DNA of 64,000 nucleotides from Caldilineaceae bacterium (GTDB lineage Bacteria; Chloroflexota; Anaerolineae; Caldilineales; Caldilineaceae): NCBI GenBank assembly GCA_965213535.1, contig OZ243888.1, positions 1,105,876 to 1,169,875 of the forward strand, read 5' to 3'. Shown piece by piece: positions 63,484 to 64,000 of this stretch (position 1 is its first letter; each line of letters starts with the position of its first letter). The notes under the pieces were generated by a model. It saw only the letters and a program-made list of their open reading frames with translations, ran no database searches and was not told where the DNA came from. The position numbers and the translations under genes were made by a program.

Positions 63484-64000
63484 AAACCTGCGAGAGCTCT
63501 TCAACCGCCGCAGCCTTCGCGTTAACCTCTACCCCTGCTTTACTCTCAGCGCGCCGAATCGCCCCCGCAAAGGTTGCCACCAGCAAATTAAAGATTACCA
63601 CCAAGCCCAGCGCCCACGTCAGCGACAGCCCCTCGGCGACGAAGCCGATCAGCGGCGGGCCGAGCAGGAAGGCAAAGTAGCCCGTCGTTGCCACCGCCGC
63701 CAGCGCGCGACCGGGGTCCATCTCGCCCGTGCGGCTCGCGGCGCTAAACATAATCGGCACGCCGTTCGCAATCCCCAGCCCCACGAAGCCAAAGCCGATC
63801 AGCGCCACCCACGGCTGCCCGATCAGCAGCGCCGCCGTCAGCCCCGCCGCGGCCAGCAGCGCGCTAAACCTGACCGTGCGCGTTGCCCCCAACCGCTGCA
63901 CCACCCAATCGCCCGTTAGCCGACCGACGGCCATCGCGCCAGCAAAAGCCGCGAAGCCGTTGGCGGCAAAGCCGTCGCTCGTGCCCAGCCCGTTGCTCAG
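63482..64000 (-). CDS. MFS transporter, C-terminal part (5' end outside window)
   Basis: The frame is open to the window edge (..LSNGLGTSDGFAANGFAAFAGAMAVGRL..). Consecutive hydrophobic helices. Confidence 0.6.
   Translation of the reverse strand: MSNGLGTSDGFAANGFAAFAGAMAVGRLTGDWVVQRLGATRTVRFSALLAAAGLTAALLIGQPWVALIGFGFVGLGIANGVPIMFSAASRTGEMDPGRALAAVATTGYFAFLLGPPLIGFVAEGLSLTWALGLVVIFNLLVATFAGAIRRAESKAGVEVNAKAAAVEELSQV

Overview
High-GC bacterial chromosomal window. Protein signatures and repeat content look Chloroflexota-like, but that is inference only.

Left part (1-8.7 kb): the end of a tyrosine-recombinase gene; a sugar SBP gene whose 3' end is duplicated around an AT-richer GH88/105-like gene; and a shikimate cluster (aroQ, fused aroK-aroB, aroC). 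The cluster is interleaved with Uma2, HEPN/MNT and a TGA-interrupted P-loop kinase.

Centre (8.9-27.0 kb): a 2232-aa Rhs/YD-repeat polymorphic toxin with a signal-peptide-like N-terminus and an adjacent immunity-like ORF. Eight same-strand orphan Rhs C-terminal modules follow. Most have their own small partner ORF and a hairpin terminator. Several are frameshifted or carry stop codons, and one is truncated by an IS110 element.

Right part: S9 peptidase, VapBC, an Lgt-like protein and UDP-xylose synthase, then an accessory patch. The patch holds an AT-rich SEC-C protein with a NERD/PD-(D/E)xK-like N-terminus, five nested mobile elements, and an AbiE-like pair. Housekeeping genes follow: LOG, two Gfo/Idh/MocA oxidoreductases, MFS, dienelactone hydrolase, an Opp-type ABC transporter, KptA, a class V aminotransferase, HIT, TldD/PmbA and DUF3140.

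Intergenic space holds at least five palindromic repeat families, two further MITE-like elements and a 7-bp tandem repeat.

The most promising target is the Rhs orphan array: its toxin tips are mostly unassignable, and one partner ORF looks like EF-Tu domain III. All calls come from reading the sequence and ORF translations. No database search was run.
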